Below are positions 27,969 through 36,683 of a DNA stretch of 64,000 bases, piece after piece. Position 1 is the first letter of the stretch; every line of letters begins with the position of its first letter. The stretch comes from Anaerolineales bacterium (GTDB lineage: Bacteria > Chloroflexota > Anaerolineae > Anaerolineales > Villigracilaceae): positions 3,713 to 67,712 of the forward strand of contig DAOUAS010000019.1 of the NCBI GenBank assembly GCA_034433295.1, read 5' to 3'. The translations under genes were made by a program, and so were the position numbers. A model generated the notes under the pieces. It saw nothing but the letters and a program-made list of their open reading frames with translations, searched no databases and was not told the DNA's origin.

Positions 27969-29624
27969 TTATTTTATTAATGCTTTTACTTCTTCCAGGA
28001 ATTCATCGTTGAGAAAATCACCCTTTTGCATCAGGGATTGAATCTGACCGCTCAGCCTGTTCTTTTCATCGGGCGTCAGTTCCTTGGCGGTTGCAACGAT
28101 TACAGGAATGGTGGCTGTCTCCTGCTTTGCGCGCAGGGCTTCAATCACCCCAAAACCATCCAGCTCGGGCATCATCAAATCCAGCACGACAAGGTCCGGT
28201 AATTCGCGCTGGATTAGATCGAGACCTTCGCGTCCGTTGGTGGCCTCCAAAATGGTGAAACTTCCCTGCGATTGCAAAATGCGGCGAATCAAGCGGCGGG
28301 CCTCTGCGGTATCCTCCACGATAGCGATCTTGGGGAAACGTTCCGGCGCGACCTGGCTCAGGGCCGAGAGCAGGCCTTCCTGCGGGGTTTGTTCGCTGGT
28401 CATCAATTTAACGTCGCGCGACCAGTTGTCACCAAGAACGCCAGCCTCCGCTGGCATGGTGTGACCCGTGCAATTCACCACCACAGTGTCACTGGGCTTG
28501 ATGATGCCGGCGCGAATCAGCTTGAAGAGCCCGGCAAAGGCCACGGCTGCGGCAGGTTCGGCGGAAATTCCCTCCATTTTTGCCAGAACGTGCATGGCGC
28601 GGAAGGCATCCTCGTCACTCACACTCTCGAAAGCGCCATTGGTGCTATTCACATAATCGCGTAAAAATTGGTAGGAACGGCCGGGGTCGCCGGTGGCAAG
28701 CGTTTCGATGCGGGTTTTGGGCGAGGTGACGGTCTCCGCCTTTTCCAATCCCTTCTTCCAACTGGTCACCATGGGGGCGCAGCCTTCCGCCTGGATGGGG
28801 GCGAACGCGGGAATGTTTTCGATCCAACCCATGCTTTTCATTTCGCGGAAACCCTTGTAAATGCCGATGGGTCCCATGCCGCCGCTGATGGCCTGCACGT
28901 ACCAGTCGGGTGTGATCCAGGGATAACCTGTGTTTTCTGTATCCTGGATGGCGGTCAGTTGTTCGGCAATTTCGAATGCAATGGTCTTCATCGCTTCGAT
29001 GGAGGTAATGGTGCGCGCCCCCATATCCTGATACAAATGGCGTTGTTGCGCGAACTCGGCCGCAACCTGTTTGCATTGATCGTAGGAACCTGTGATTTTG
29101 ATGACCTGGCTTCCATACAGCGCGATTTCGCGCATTTTCATGGCAGGCACTAGGCTGGTGACGAAGGCCCATAGTTTCATCCCCGCGCGGGATGCGTAGG
29201 CCGAATAGGAAATTGCAACGTTGCCAGTGGAAGCTGCCACCATCTCGGTGATGCCAGCCTCCTTCAGCGCGGCAATTGTCACCGCCGCCTGCCTGTCCTT
29301 GAATGAGGATGTCGGACCCTGACGCTCATCCTTGATGTAAATATTGGGACAGCCCAGCATCATGCCCAGATTTACTGCGCGGATGAGCGGAGTTCCGCCT
29401 TCGCCGAGCGACAGGCTTATGTTTGGATTGCGGACGGGCAACAATTCACGATAGCGCCAGAGATCGAAGGGGCGTGAAGCCAGTTTGGGAAGCAGGGTCT
29501 TTCCGATGATTTCATAATCGTATTCCGCTTCACGCCACTGACTGTTGCACTTGGGGCATGTGGTTGAAGTTGGGTAGTATGGCGCCAGATGCCCGCAATC
29601 GACGCACTTGATGAGAAAGGACAC
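27969..29624 (-). CDS. threonine-synthase-like PLP enzyme fused to a C-terminal receiver (REC) domain
   Basis: N-terminal Zn-ribbon (CVDCG...CPKC), PLP-lysine motif SSFKDRQAAV and a fold-type-II body. The last 125 aa or so are KIAIVEDTAEARRLI...LVVLDLMMPELDG...IPVIVATAK...MQKG, i.e. REC. Confidence 0.85.
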   Translation of the reverse strand: MSFLIKCVDCGHLAPYYPTSTTCPKCNSQWREAEYDYEIIGKTLLPKLASRPFDLWRYRELLPVRNPNISLSLGEGGTPLIRAVNLGMMLGCPNIYIKDERQGPTSSFKDRQAAVTIAALKEAGITEMVAASTGNVAISYSAYASRAGMKLWAFVTSLVPAMKMREIALYGSQVIKITGSYDQCKQVAAEFAQQRHLYQDMGARTITSIEAMKTIAFEIAEQLTAIQDTENTGYPWITPDWYVQAISGGMGPIGIYKGFREMKSMGWIENIPAFAPIQAEGCAPMVTSWKKGLEKAETVTSPKTRIETLATGDPGRSYQFLRDYVNSTNGAFESVSDEDAFRAMHVLAKMEGISAEPAAAVAFAGLFKLIRAGIIKPSDTVVVNCTGHTMPAEAGVLGDNWSRDVKLMTSEQTPQEGLLSALSQVAPERFPKIAIVEDTAEARRLIRRILQSQGSFTILEATNGREGLDLIQRELPDLVVLDLMMPELDGFGVIEALRAKQETATIPVIVATAKELTPDEKNRLSGQIQSLMQKGDFLNDEFLEEVKALIK

Positions 29625-29659
29625 GGTAAATTAAACTCCTGTGGACGTATTATGCGGTT

Positions 29660-32600
29660 TTATGTGCGAACTCGTTCGAGCGACCGCTGAATGGATGTAA
29701 GCAGTTCTTTTTCGTTGAAGGAGCCCTTCGACAATAGTCGTTGACCGAATTCGTTTAACTGCTGTTTTTGTTCGTTTGTAAGTTCCATGCCGCTAATGAC
29801 GATCACCGGAATGTCGCGCAGTTTTTCGGATGCTTGCATGTTTTCCAATATCTTGAAGCCGTCCATTTCGGGCATGAACAGATCCAGGATCACGGCATGG
29901 GGAGGTTTGCCCGACGAGATGATATCCCAACCCACGCGTCCGCCTTCCGCGAGTATGGGCTTGTATCTTCCGTCGTCGATCAGCATTTTGCCGAGCAGCC
30001 GCAGGTCATCGGGGTTATCGTCGATCACCAACACATCGCGGATCGAGCCGTCGGTGTTCAGGCGATCCAGGGCATTGACGAGGTCTTCCTCCAAAATGGG
30101 TTTGACCAGATAATCTGTCGCCCCAAGGTTGAATCCCTTTTCGAGTTCTTCGACGATACTGCAGATAATGACGGGAATGTTGCGCGTGTCGGGGTCGCCT
30201 TTCAGGTTGTCCAAAACCTGCCAGCCATCGATGTTTGGCATCATAATGTCCAACGTTACCGCAAAAGGTCTGAGTTCCTTGACGCGTTCCACCGCTTTTG
30301 AAGGATCGGTCAATGGGACCACCTGATACCCCTGCGGGTGTAAATAGCGTTCGTATAGTCCAATAACCTGCATATCATCATCGATTGCCAGCACCACTTT
30401 ATTGCTGCCATCGGTGATGCTTTCGTGTTCCTTGTGGAAAAGGGGCAGGGTAAAGTGGAACGTGCTTCCCCTTCCAATTTCGCTTTCGACCCATATCTTG
30501 CCACCATGCATGTTGACAATGTGCTGGCAGATCGACAATCCGAGGCCGGTGCCGCCGGTTTTGCGGGTGGGGGAATCGTCCACCTGTGAGAAGGGTTGGA
30601 AGAGCTTTGCCTGATCCGGCTCGGCAATACCCGGACCTGTATCGGTGACGCTCACGCGAACTTCGTTGTGTCCGCTGGTTCCAGGCTTCAGCCCAACTTC
30701 CACGCTGATGATGCCTTCATCGGTGAATTTGGCCGCGTTCGAAAGCAGGTTGATCATCACCTGGCGGATGCGAATGGCGTCGGCCCGCACTGTTGGCAGG
30801 TTGGGCTGAATCGTGCGCTGCAATTGAATGGGCTTGTCCTTGATGAGCCCGGTCATGGTGGAAAGGACGCTGTTGGTGATATCGGAGATGTTCACTTCGT
30901 CGAAAGCCAGTTCCATCTTGCCGGCTTCGATCTTGGAAAGGTCCAGCACATCGTTGATCAGACCAAGCAGGTGTTGTCCCGAATTGTAGATGGCTGTCAG
31001 GTCCTGTTGTTGTAATTCGGTGACGGGACCGTCGATGCCCTTGATGATTACGCGCGAGAAACCGATGATCGAGTTGAGGGGTGTGCGCAATTCGTGGCTC
31101 ATATTGGCCAGGAACTGGCTCTTCATGCGGTCGATTTCGCGCATTTCCATAACAGCCTGCTGTGACAGTTCGAAGGAGCGCGCATTGTCGATGGCCACCG
31201 CCACCTGGTCTGAAAGTGTTTGAAGCACGGCTATGTCGTCTTCGGTTAGTGCGCCGGCAGACTTGGATTGAATGTCGATTACCCCGATGATGCGGCTTCC
31301 GATCCGCAGGGGGAGCGCGGCTTCCGCCCGCGTTTCAGGCAGCAGGGGGTTGAATTTGTGCGTTGGGCTTGCCGTGACGTCGTTGACCACGACAGCCTGT
31401 CCATCCATGGCCACTTTGCCGACGATGGATTTGTCGTTGATCTGTAGCGTATGCTTCCTTTCCTTCATTTCCTTTCCGGCTTCGCCGGTCGCTTCGCGCA
31501 GGACGGCATTGAAGCCGGTTTCCTCGACGATGAAAATGCCCGCATGGTAGAAGCGGAAACGTTCATTGATCAGGTTTACGGTTCGGGCGAAGATCGTGTT
31601 CAAGTCCAGCGTGGATGTGACCAGCCTGCTGATTTCCGCGGACGCCGCAAGGTACTCATTGCGGCGTCTGATTGCCTCTTCGGACTTTTTACGCTCTGTA
31701 ATGTCACGCGCCACCCAGAAGACATTGTTGTCATCGAGTTTGGTGAGCTTTGCCAGAAACCAGAAGACCTCGTTTCCCACTTGCATGTCATACTCGATCT
31801 GGGTGGGCTCGTCGTTTTCCAATGTCCGTCTGATTGCTTCTAGAAATTTATCGGCTGTTTCCCCGGGAAGCACATCGTGGACCAATTTGCCCAGCAACTC
31901 TTCCGGAGGCTTGATTAAACGCGACGGGTTTGTGGGCGCAATGCGCACATACCGGCCATCGCGGTCATAGACCAATACGATGTCTTCCATTGCCGAGAAT
32001 AAGGCGCGCAGGTCCGCTTCGGATTTGGCAAGGGACTCCTCCGATTTCTTGCGCTCTGTAATATCCTGATGCACGGAAAGGAAACCAAGAACTTTTCCGT
32101 TCTCATCGAGGATTGGACTGTTCGTTCCTGCGATGAAGACAAGGCGACCGTCCTTTGCCTTGTTGACGATTTCACCTGTGACGGTTCCTCCGCTCAAAAG
32201 CCTGTCCCAGAAGTGTTTGTATTGCACCTCTGTGATAAGCCCGGATTTCAGGATGCGCGGAGTCTTCCCCAGCGCTTCTTCACTGGTGAAACCGTATATT
32301 TTCTCGAATCCCGGGTTGATATATTGGATGGCGCCGTTGGGGTCGGTGATGAATACTGCATTGTCGGTCCTGTCGATCCCAAGTTTGAATTTTTGAGCTT
32401 CCTGGAACAGGCGCGCGTTTTCCAGCGCCAGCGATAACTGGTCTGTGACCTGTTTTATAAGCAGTTCGTCTTCCGGAGTCCACTGTCGCTGTTCTTCGGT
32501 CAGGATGCGCAGCGTAGCCCAGTCCTGGTAGCCGCTCTGGATATTGACGGAAAAAGTGGTTGTGGCGCTGTCCTCGTTGCGCACAGGCAGGGATTCGGCA

Positions 32601-32827
32601 AAAACCATTGTGGCAATATCGCGTCCGGTTGTTTGCGGACTTGGCGCCACTTCGGGTTTTGCCGGAGCGGGAGCCGGCGGCTGATGGGGTGGGATACCCG
32701 CAGATTCGATGGACGATAGAACCTTCCTCTCCTTTTTGGAAGGTTCCGGTTTTGCCGCGCTCTCTTCAGGAGTAAGCCCTTTGAATAAATTGTCAATTCG
32801 CTTGTTTATTTTCGGTTTCTTTGACAT
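29660..32827 (-). CDS. hybrid sensor histidine kinase (half-GAF module - PAS - PAS - GAF - HisKA - HATPase_c - REC - REC)
   Basis: H-box MSHELRTPLNSIIG, G boxes DTGPGI and GTGLGLS, and two receivers (VLAIDDD...VTLDIMMPNIDG; VLVIDDN...VILDLFMPEMDG). The GAF has the cluster signature FRFYHAGIFIVEE...TRAEAALPL...IGVIDIQS. The N-terminal QWTPEDELLIKQVTDQLSLALENARLFQE matches the sensors' second module. Confidence 0.9.
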   Translation of the reverse strand: MSKKPKINKRIDNLFKGLTPEESAAKPEPSKKERKVLSSIESAGIPPHQPPAPAPAKPEVAPSPQTTGRDIATMVFAESLPVRNEDSATTTFSVNIQSGYQDWATLRILTEEQRQWTPEDELLIKQVTDQLSLALENARLFQEAQKFKLGIDRTDNAVFITDPNGAIQYINPGFEKIYGFTSEEALGKTPRILKSGLITEVQYKHFWDRLLSGGTVTGEIVNKAKDGRLVFIAGTNSPILDENGKVLGFLSVHQDITERKKSEESLAKSEADLRALFSAMEDIVLVYDRDGRYVRIAPTNPSRLIKPPEELLGKLVHDVLPGETADKFLEAIRRTLENDEPTQIEYDMQVGNEVFWFLAKLTKLDDNNVFWVARDITERKKSEEAIRRRNEYLAASAEISRLVTSTLDLNTIFARTVNLINERFRFYHAGIFIVEETGFNAVLREATGEAGKEMKERKHTLQINDKSIVGKVAMDGQAVVVNDVTASPTHKFNPLLPETRAEAALPLRIGSRIIGVIDIQSKSAGALTEDDIAVLQTLSDQVAVAIDNARSFELSQQAVMEMREIDRMKSQFLANMSHELRTPLNSIIGFSRVIIKGIDGPVTELQQQDLTAIYNSGQHLLGLINDVLDLSKIEAGKMELAFDEVNISDITNSVLSTMTGLIKDKPIQLQRTIQPNLPTVRADAIRIRQVMINLLSNAAKFTDEGIISVEVGLKPGTSGHNEVRVSVTDTGPGIAEPDQAKLFQPFSQVDDSPTRKTGGTGLGLSICQHIVNMHGGKIWVESEIGRGSTFHFTLPLFHKEHESITDGSNKVVLAIDDDMQVIGLYERYLHPQGYQVVPLTDPSKAVERVKELRPFAVTLDIMMPNIDGWQVLDNLKGDPDTRNIPVIICSIVEELEKGFNLGATDYLVKPILEEDLVNALDRLNTDGSIRDVLVIDDNPDDLRLLGKMLIDDGRYKPILAEGGRVGWDIISSGKPPHAVILDLFMPEMDGFKILENMQASEKLRDIPVIVISGMELTNEQKQQLNEFGQRLLSKGSFNEKELLTSIQRSLERVRT

Positions 32828-33581
32828 ATTCCATTAACTCCTGGGCGAGCACGTGATATTGCGTTGTGCCTCGCGCGGCGGGTTTGTAGCGGGAGATCGG
32901 CAATCCTGCAATCGAACTTTCGCGCAGTTTTGTGTCCATTTCGATCACCGTGCTGAATACGCCTTCGCCAAATGTCGAACGAAGCTGCTCATGGATGTTG
33001 CGGTGCGTGCGGTTCCTGTTATCGAGCATTGTAACGAGAATGCGATATGCAAGGTTGGGATTGTCGTCTTCGCGAATGCGGCGTACGAGATTCATCATGT
33101 TGCGAAGAGCGTAGGCGGAGAAATACTCGGCCTGCGTGGGGATGAGCAGAAGGTCTGCCGACGCAAGGGCGTTTTGTGTAATTGCGCCAAGGGAGGGGGG
33201 GCAATCGAGCAAAACATAGTCGTACGGCAGGTTGGGCGTTCCGGCGATGGCTCGCTTGAGGATGGTGGTGTAATTTGTTCGCACGGGCAGGAATTGCTCG
33301 CATGTTTCGATCCGCAGGCTGGACGAAATCAGGTCCAGGTTTTCGACTTCCGTCCTTCGGCGCACATTCAGCAGCGGGACGTTGTCAAGAAGTATGTTGC
33401 TGGATGTGCTTTCGGACTCTCCCGGCTCGAACCCGAGAGCCAGCGTCAGGTTGGCTTGCGCATCCAGGTCGATAAGGAGGACACGACAGCCCAGTTCGCC
33501 AAGCGCGGCTCCCAGTGAGATGGTGGTTGTGGTCTTTGCAACGCCGCCTTTTTCATTGGATACTGCAATTGTTTTGGTCAT
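32793..33581 (-). CDS. ParA/MinD-family ATPase (orphan; no ParB nearby)
   Basis: Deviant Walker A KTIAVSNEKGGVAKTT and Walker B YVLLDCPP. Overlaps the kinase start by 35 nt. Confidence 0.88.
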   Translation of the reverse strand: MTKTIAVSNEKGGVAKTTTTISLGAALGELGCRVLLIDLDAQANLTLALGFEPGESESTSSNILLDNVPLLNVRRRTEVENLDLISSSLRIETCEQFLPVRTNYTTILKRAIAGTPNLPYDYVLLDCPPSLGAITQNALASADLLLIPTQAEYFSAYALRNMMNLVRRIREDDNPNLAYRILVTMLDNRNRTHRNIHEQLRSTFGEGVFSTVIEMDTKLRESSIAGLPISRYKPAARGTTQYHVLAQELMEYVKETENKQAN

Positions 33582-33598
33582 GGTTTACTTTCTCCAGT

Positions 33599-35845
33599 TT
33601 AATCGTCTTCCGATGGTGATACGCCTTTTTGCGGGATGATTTCAACGCGCGTGACGCCCAAAGCGCGCTTTAGTTCCTCAACCGCCGTCCTCACCATTTC
33701 CTGCGGGTCATTGGTACTGCGGATCTTGGTGGTGATGTCTGTTACGAGACGTTCACGCGAGGCGCGCGCGGATGTTTCCTCGAAAAGCCGGGCGTTATCC
33801 AACGCAAGACCGAGGCGTTCTGCGACCGCCCGCACGATATTGACTTCATCGGTTCTCCAATGCCTGCCCCCGGTGATGGGACGGATATCGAGGGTTCCGA
33901 TTGTCTGATTGCGCAATTTGATCGGGACAGTCAATGCGCCGTTTTCATTTGCATCCGGAAGTTCGTCCCTGGCTTTGTTTGCGGTGATGACCTGTCCGCC
34001 GGTCAGGGTTTGATGATAGCCAACAATGCCGGAGGCAGACTTCTTTTGCCACGAATCGGCAAGATATTCCCGGAAGATGGATTGCGATTCTGCGAGAGCC
34101 TCCTGAGCCTCCTGCAATAGGCGGACATTGTCAATGGAGATGGCGATTTGGTCTGCCAGCAGACTGAGGGTGGAGATATCCGTGTCGGTGAAGGCGTTTG
34201 GAACAGTGCTTTGCACGTCCAATGCGCCGATGATCTTGCCGCGCGCGGTGAGCGGCAGGGCCATTTCAGCGTGTGTGTCGGGCAGATCGGGGTTGTTGAA
34301 AAACACAGCATCTGAACCGGTATCCAGCGCAATGCGGGGGACACCGGTTGCAGTCACCATGCCTACGATGCCGACCTGTCCGACTTCGAGTTTGTGTTGT
34401 CTGTCCAGCATCTTTTGTCCGCCGGGACTGTTCGCCGCGCGCAGGATAGCATAGTTACCACTTTCGTTGAGAAGGAAGATGCCAACGTGATAGAACCCGA
34501 AACGTTCGCTCACAGCTCGTGTAACAAGAGGAAGGAGGAGTTCCAAGTCCTTTTCTGTCGAAAGGTATTGACCGATTTCTGCAATTGTCCGCAGGTCTCT
34601 GGCGCGTTTTTCGCTTTCCTTCGAAGTCTGTTCGAGTTCGGCGCTGCGATGTTCCAATTCCAAAGTGCGCTGTGCCACCCGGTCTTCCAACTCCGTCACC
34701 AGGTTTTGCAGTTGCCCAGCCATGCTGTTGAACGAATTGGTGAGCAGACCCACCTCATCCTTGGATGGGTTGGACACGCGCTGAGAGTAATCTCCGCTTG
34801 CCATTTTGTCGGCTGCTTCCTGGAGCCTGTGGATGGGCCTGGAAATTTGGTAAGTGGCGAACAAGGCCAATATGACATTGCCGATTATTGCGAAGAAGGC
34901 AAATACGCCGCGTTGATCGGAGATGAGTTGATCCTTTACCACTAACAGATCGCCCAGGTTAACAGCGATGCCGACCACGGCCCGGGTATCTGCGCCGATG
35001 GTAACTGGAGTCAAACCCAGGGCGTGGGGGGCGCCTCCCGGCGTCGTGAACAATTCCCCGGCAACGACCACTTGCCCATTCAAAGCCTGTTCGATGGATT
35101 TTGGCTCCAGCATGTAGGAGGAAAAATACGTCAATCCCGTGGCATCCTCGAAATCGGTGGCAACGATCTCCCCATCGATAATCAACGCCAGGTCGAGGCT
35201 GTGACCGGAAATGACGTTGATCTTCGAAAGCATCTTGTCATCCATCAGGCGGCTGCCGATGACCGCGCCGATCACCTTGCCGGAATTATCATGGACCGGG
35301 GTGGCGACCGAAATGTAGATTTGTTGTGGTTCGTCTCCCATGACAATGCCGCTGGCATTGAAACCCAGCAACGCCAGTTCGAGCAGACGATCTTCTCCGG
35401 CGGAGTTTTCTTCGGATACATCGAACAGCCGCCTGCCCTGGGCGTTTACTGTGTCTACGTCGTCGAAGTCGAGACGGGCGGCTGCAATCAACAGATCGGA
35501 TTGAACGGGCTTGATGTTCCCCCTTGTCAGCGCGTCCAACAACCCCGGAGTGTTGGAGAGCGCCACAGCATTATTGAGCATTTCCCGTTCGATTTCTTCG
35601 AAGCGGATCCGAATGATCTGCGCTTCCTGTTCGACATTTCGACGCCCGGCTTGGATCATGAAGCTATTCATGCCGATATTGGTTGCCAGAACCATTCCAA
35701 GCAACAGGAAACTGAATATCACGAAGACCAGAATGTTCAGCCTCGCGCCCAGTGTTGTTTTCTTGATGAGTTCCAAAAGCCGCATCAGTCTCTGCTCCTT
35801 TGCAGTCATCCAGACTTCGTCAGGACGGCTGCAAAATACGATCAA
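33599..35845 (-). CDS. membrane sensor paralog 1 (TM - extracytoplasmic domain - TM - HAMP - S-helix - GAF - half-GAF - tail), no output domain
   Basis: HAMP SRPIHRLQEAADKMASGDY...DEVGLLTNSFNSMAGQL, S-helix LEDRVAQRTLELE, GAF FGFYHVGIFLLNE...THAEMALPL...IGALDVQS. The start may instead be an internal Met. Confidence 0.85.
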   Translation of the reverse strand: MIVFCSRPDEVWMTAKEQRLMRLLELIKKTTLGARLNILVFVIFSFLLLGMVLATNIGMNSFMIQAGRRNVEQEAQIIRIRFEEIEREMLNNAVALSNTPGLLDALTRGNIKPVQSDLLIAAARLDFDDVDTVNAQGRRLFDVSEENSAGEDRLLELALLGFNASGIVMGDEPQQIYISVATPVHDNSGKVIGAVIGSRLMDDKMLSKINVISGHSLDLALIIDGEIVATDFEDATGLTYFSSYMLEPKSIEQALNGQVVVAGELFTTPGGAPHALGLTPVTIGADTRAVVGIAVNLGDLLVVKDQLISDQRGVFAFFAIIGNVILALFATYQISRPIHRLQEAADKMASGDYSQRVSNPSKDEVGLLTNSFNSMAGQLQNLVTELEDRVAQRTLELEHRSAELEQTSKESEKRARDLRTIAEIGQYLSTEKDLELLLPLVTRAVSERFGFYHVGIFLLNESGNYAILRAANSPGGQKMLDRQHKLEVGQVGIVGMVTATGVPRIALDTGSDAVFFNNPDLPDTHAEMALPLTARGKIIGALDVQSTVPNAFTDTDISTLSLLADQIAISIDNVRLLQEAQEALAESQSIFREYLADSWQKKSASGIVGYHQTLTGGQVITANKARDELPDANENGALTVPIKLRNQTIGTLDIRPITGGRHWRTDEVNIVRAVAERLGLALDNARLFEETSARASRERLVTDITTKIRSTNDPQEMVRTAVEELKRALGVTRVEIIPQKGVSPSEDD

Positions 35846-35846
35846 T

Positions 35847-36683
35847 TTACGGGGTTGGGATGAACCCGAGCGCCTTTAATTCAGCCTGTCCTTCATCGGA
35901 GGACAACCAGTCGATCAGCGGTTTGATTTCGCTTTCATGTTCCGCCAGATAGCCGATGCCGGCCGAGCCGAGGATGGGGTAGGATGCATTATTTGGCAGA
36001 ATGCCGTTGATGGCAATCGTTTCCACTTCCGCATTTTCGGCCAGCACAGGCGGCAGGGCGGCAATCCCAACCGCTCCCCTTGTGCCTTCCACTGAGAAGA
36101 TCATATCCGACTGGCTGAAGAGAGTTTTGGCTGTTTCAGAAAGGGCTGTTTCGCCTATCATGGCTTTTCGCAATCCCTTTGTGCTTGAGTCGTCCTCATC
36201 GCGCACATACAGGACAAGATCAAGGTTTGCCCCCCCTACCTGGGACCAGTTTGTGACCTTACCCGAAAAGATTTCAGTGATCTGACGTTTGTTCAGACTT
36301 GAAACGCCGGTTACAGAGGGATGAACGATAATCGATTGCCCAATCAGACCCATTTCGTAGTATTTGATGTTTTTGGCGATTTCTTCATCCTTGGGTGGGC
36401 GCGCCATTGCCGCCGCATCCAGCAAACCTTCGAGGATGCCGGTAACGCCGCTGCCGGTGCTGTTGCCGGACATGACTTCGAGTTTATAGCCGGGGGTTGC
36501 CCGTTCAAATGCGGGCGTCAGAACTTCGAGTACGCTTGTAATCGTTCCCGAGCCCGATATCTTCAATACCACCAGCCGGGAGGGCGTTGGGGTTGGCGGT
36601 TGCGAAGAGAAGCCCGCGCACGAGGTTGAGAATAGCGCGCCGGTCAATATCAGAAAAATAAAACGTATATAACGGTTTTTCAT
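35847..36683 (-). CDS. PstS-like (PBP_like_2) periplasmic substrate-binding lipoprotein, orphan
   Basis: Lipobox LFSTSC plus LKISGSGTI and NSTGSGVTG motifs of the phosphate-binding-protein fold. No ABC permease or ATPase anywhere in the window. Confidence 0.75.
   Translation of the reverse strand: MKNRYIRFIFLILTGALFSTSCAGFSSQPPTPTPSRLVVLKISGSGTITSVLEVLTPAFERATPGYKLEVMSGNSTGSGVTGILEGLLDAAAMARPPKDEEIAKNIKYYEMGLIGQSIIVHPSVTGVSSLNKRQITEIFSGKVTNWSQVGGANLDLVLYVRDEDDSSTKGLRKAMIGETALSETAKTLFSQSDMIFSVEGTRGAVGIAALPPVLAENAEVETIAINGILPNNASYPILGSAGIGYLAEHESEIKPLIDWLSSDEGQAELKALGFIPTP

Noticed and set aside
32793-33581. ParA as part of a plasmid or chromosome partition locus
   Set aside because: There is no ParB-like gene or repeated parS-like site nearby, and the gene is translationally overlapped with a histidine kinase. 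I kept it as a finding under a different interpretation.
35024-35863. Long antisense ORFs inside the sensor and kinase genes (also 22695-23396, 27055-27720, 29768-30301, 32853-33518, 49559-50098 and others)
   Set aside because: Each lies opposite a CDS with strong domain signatures. Their compositions are biased (R, G, H, Q, D) and none shows a motif I recognise.
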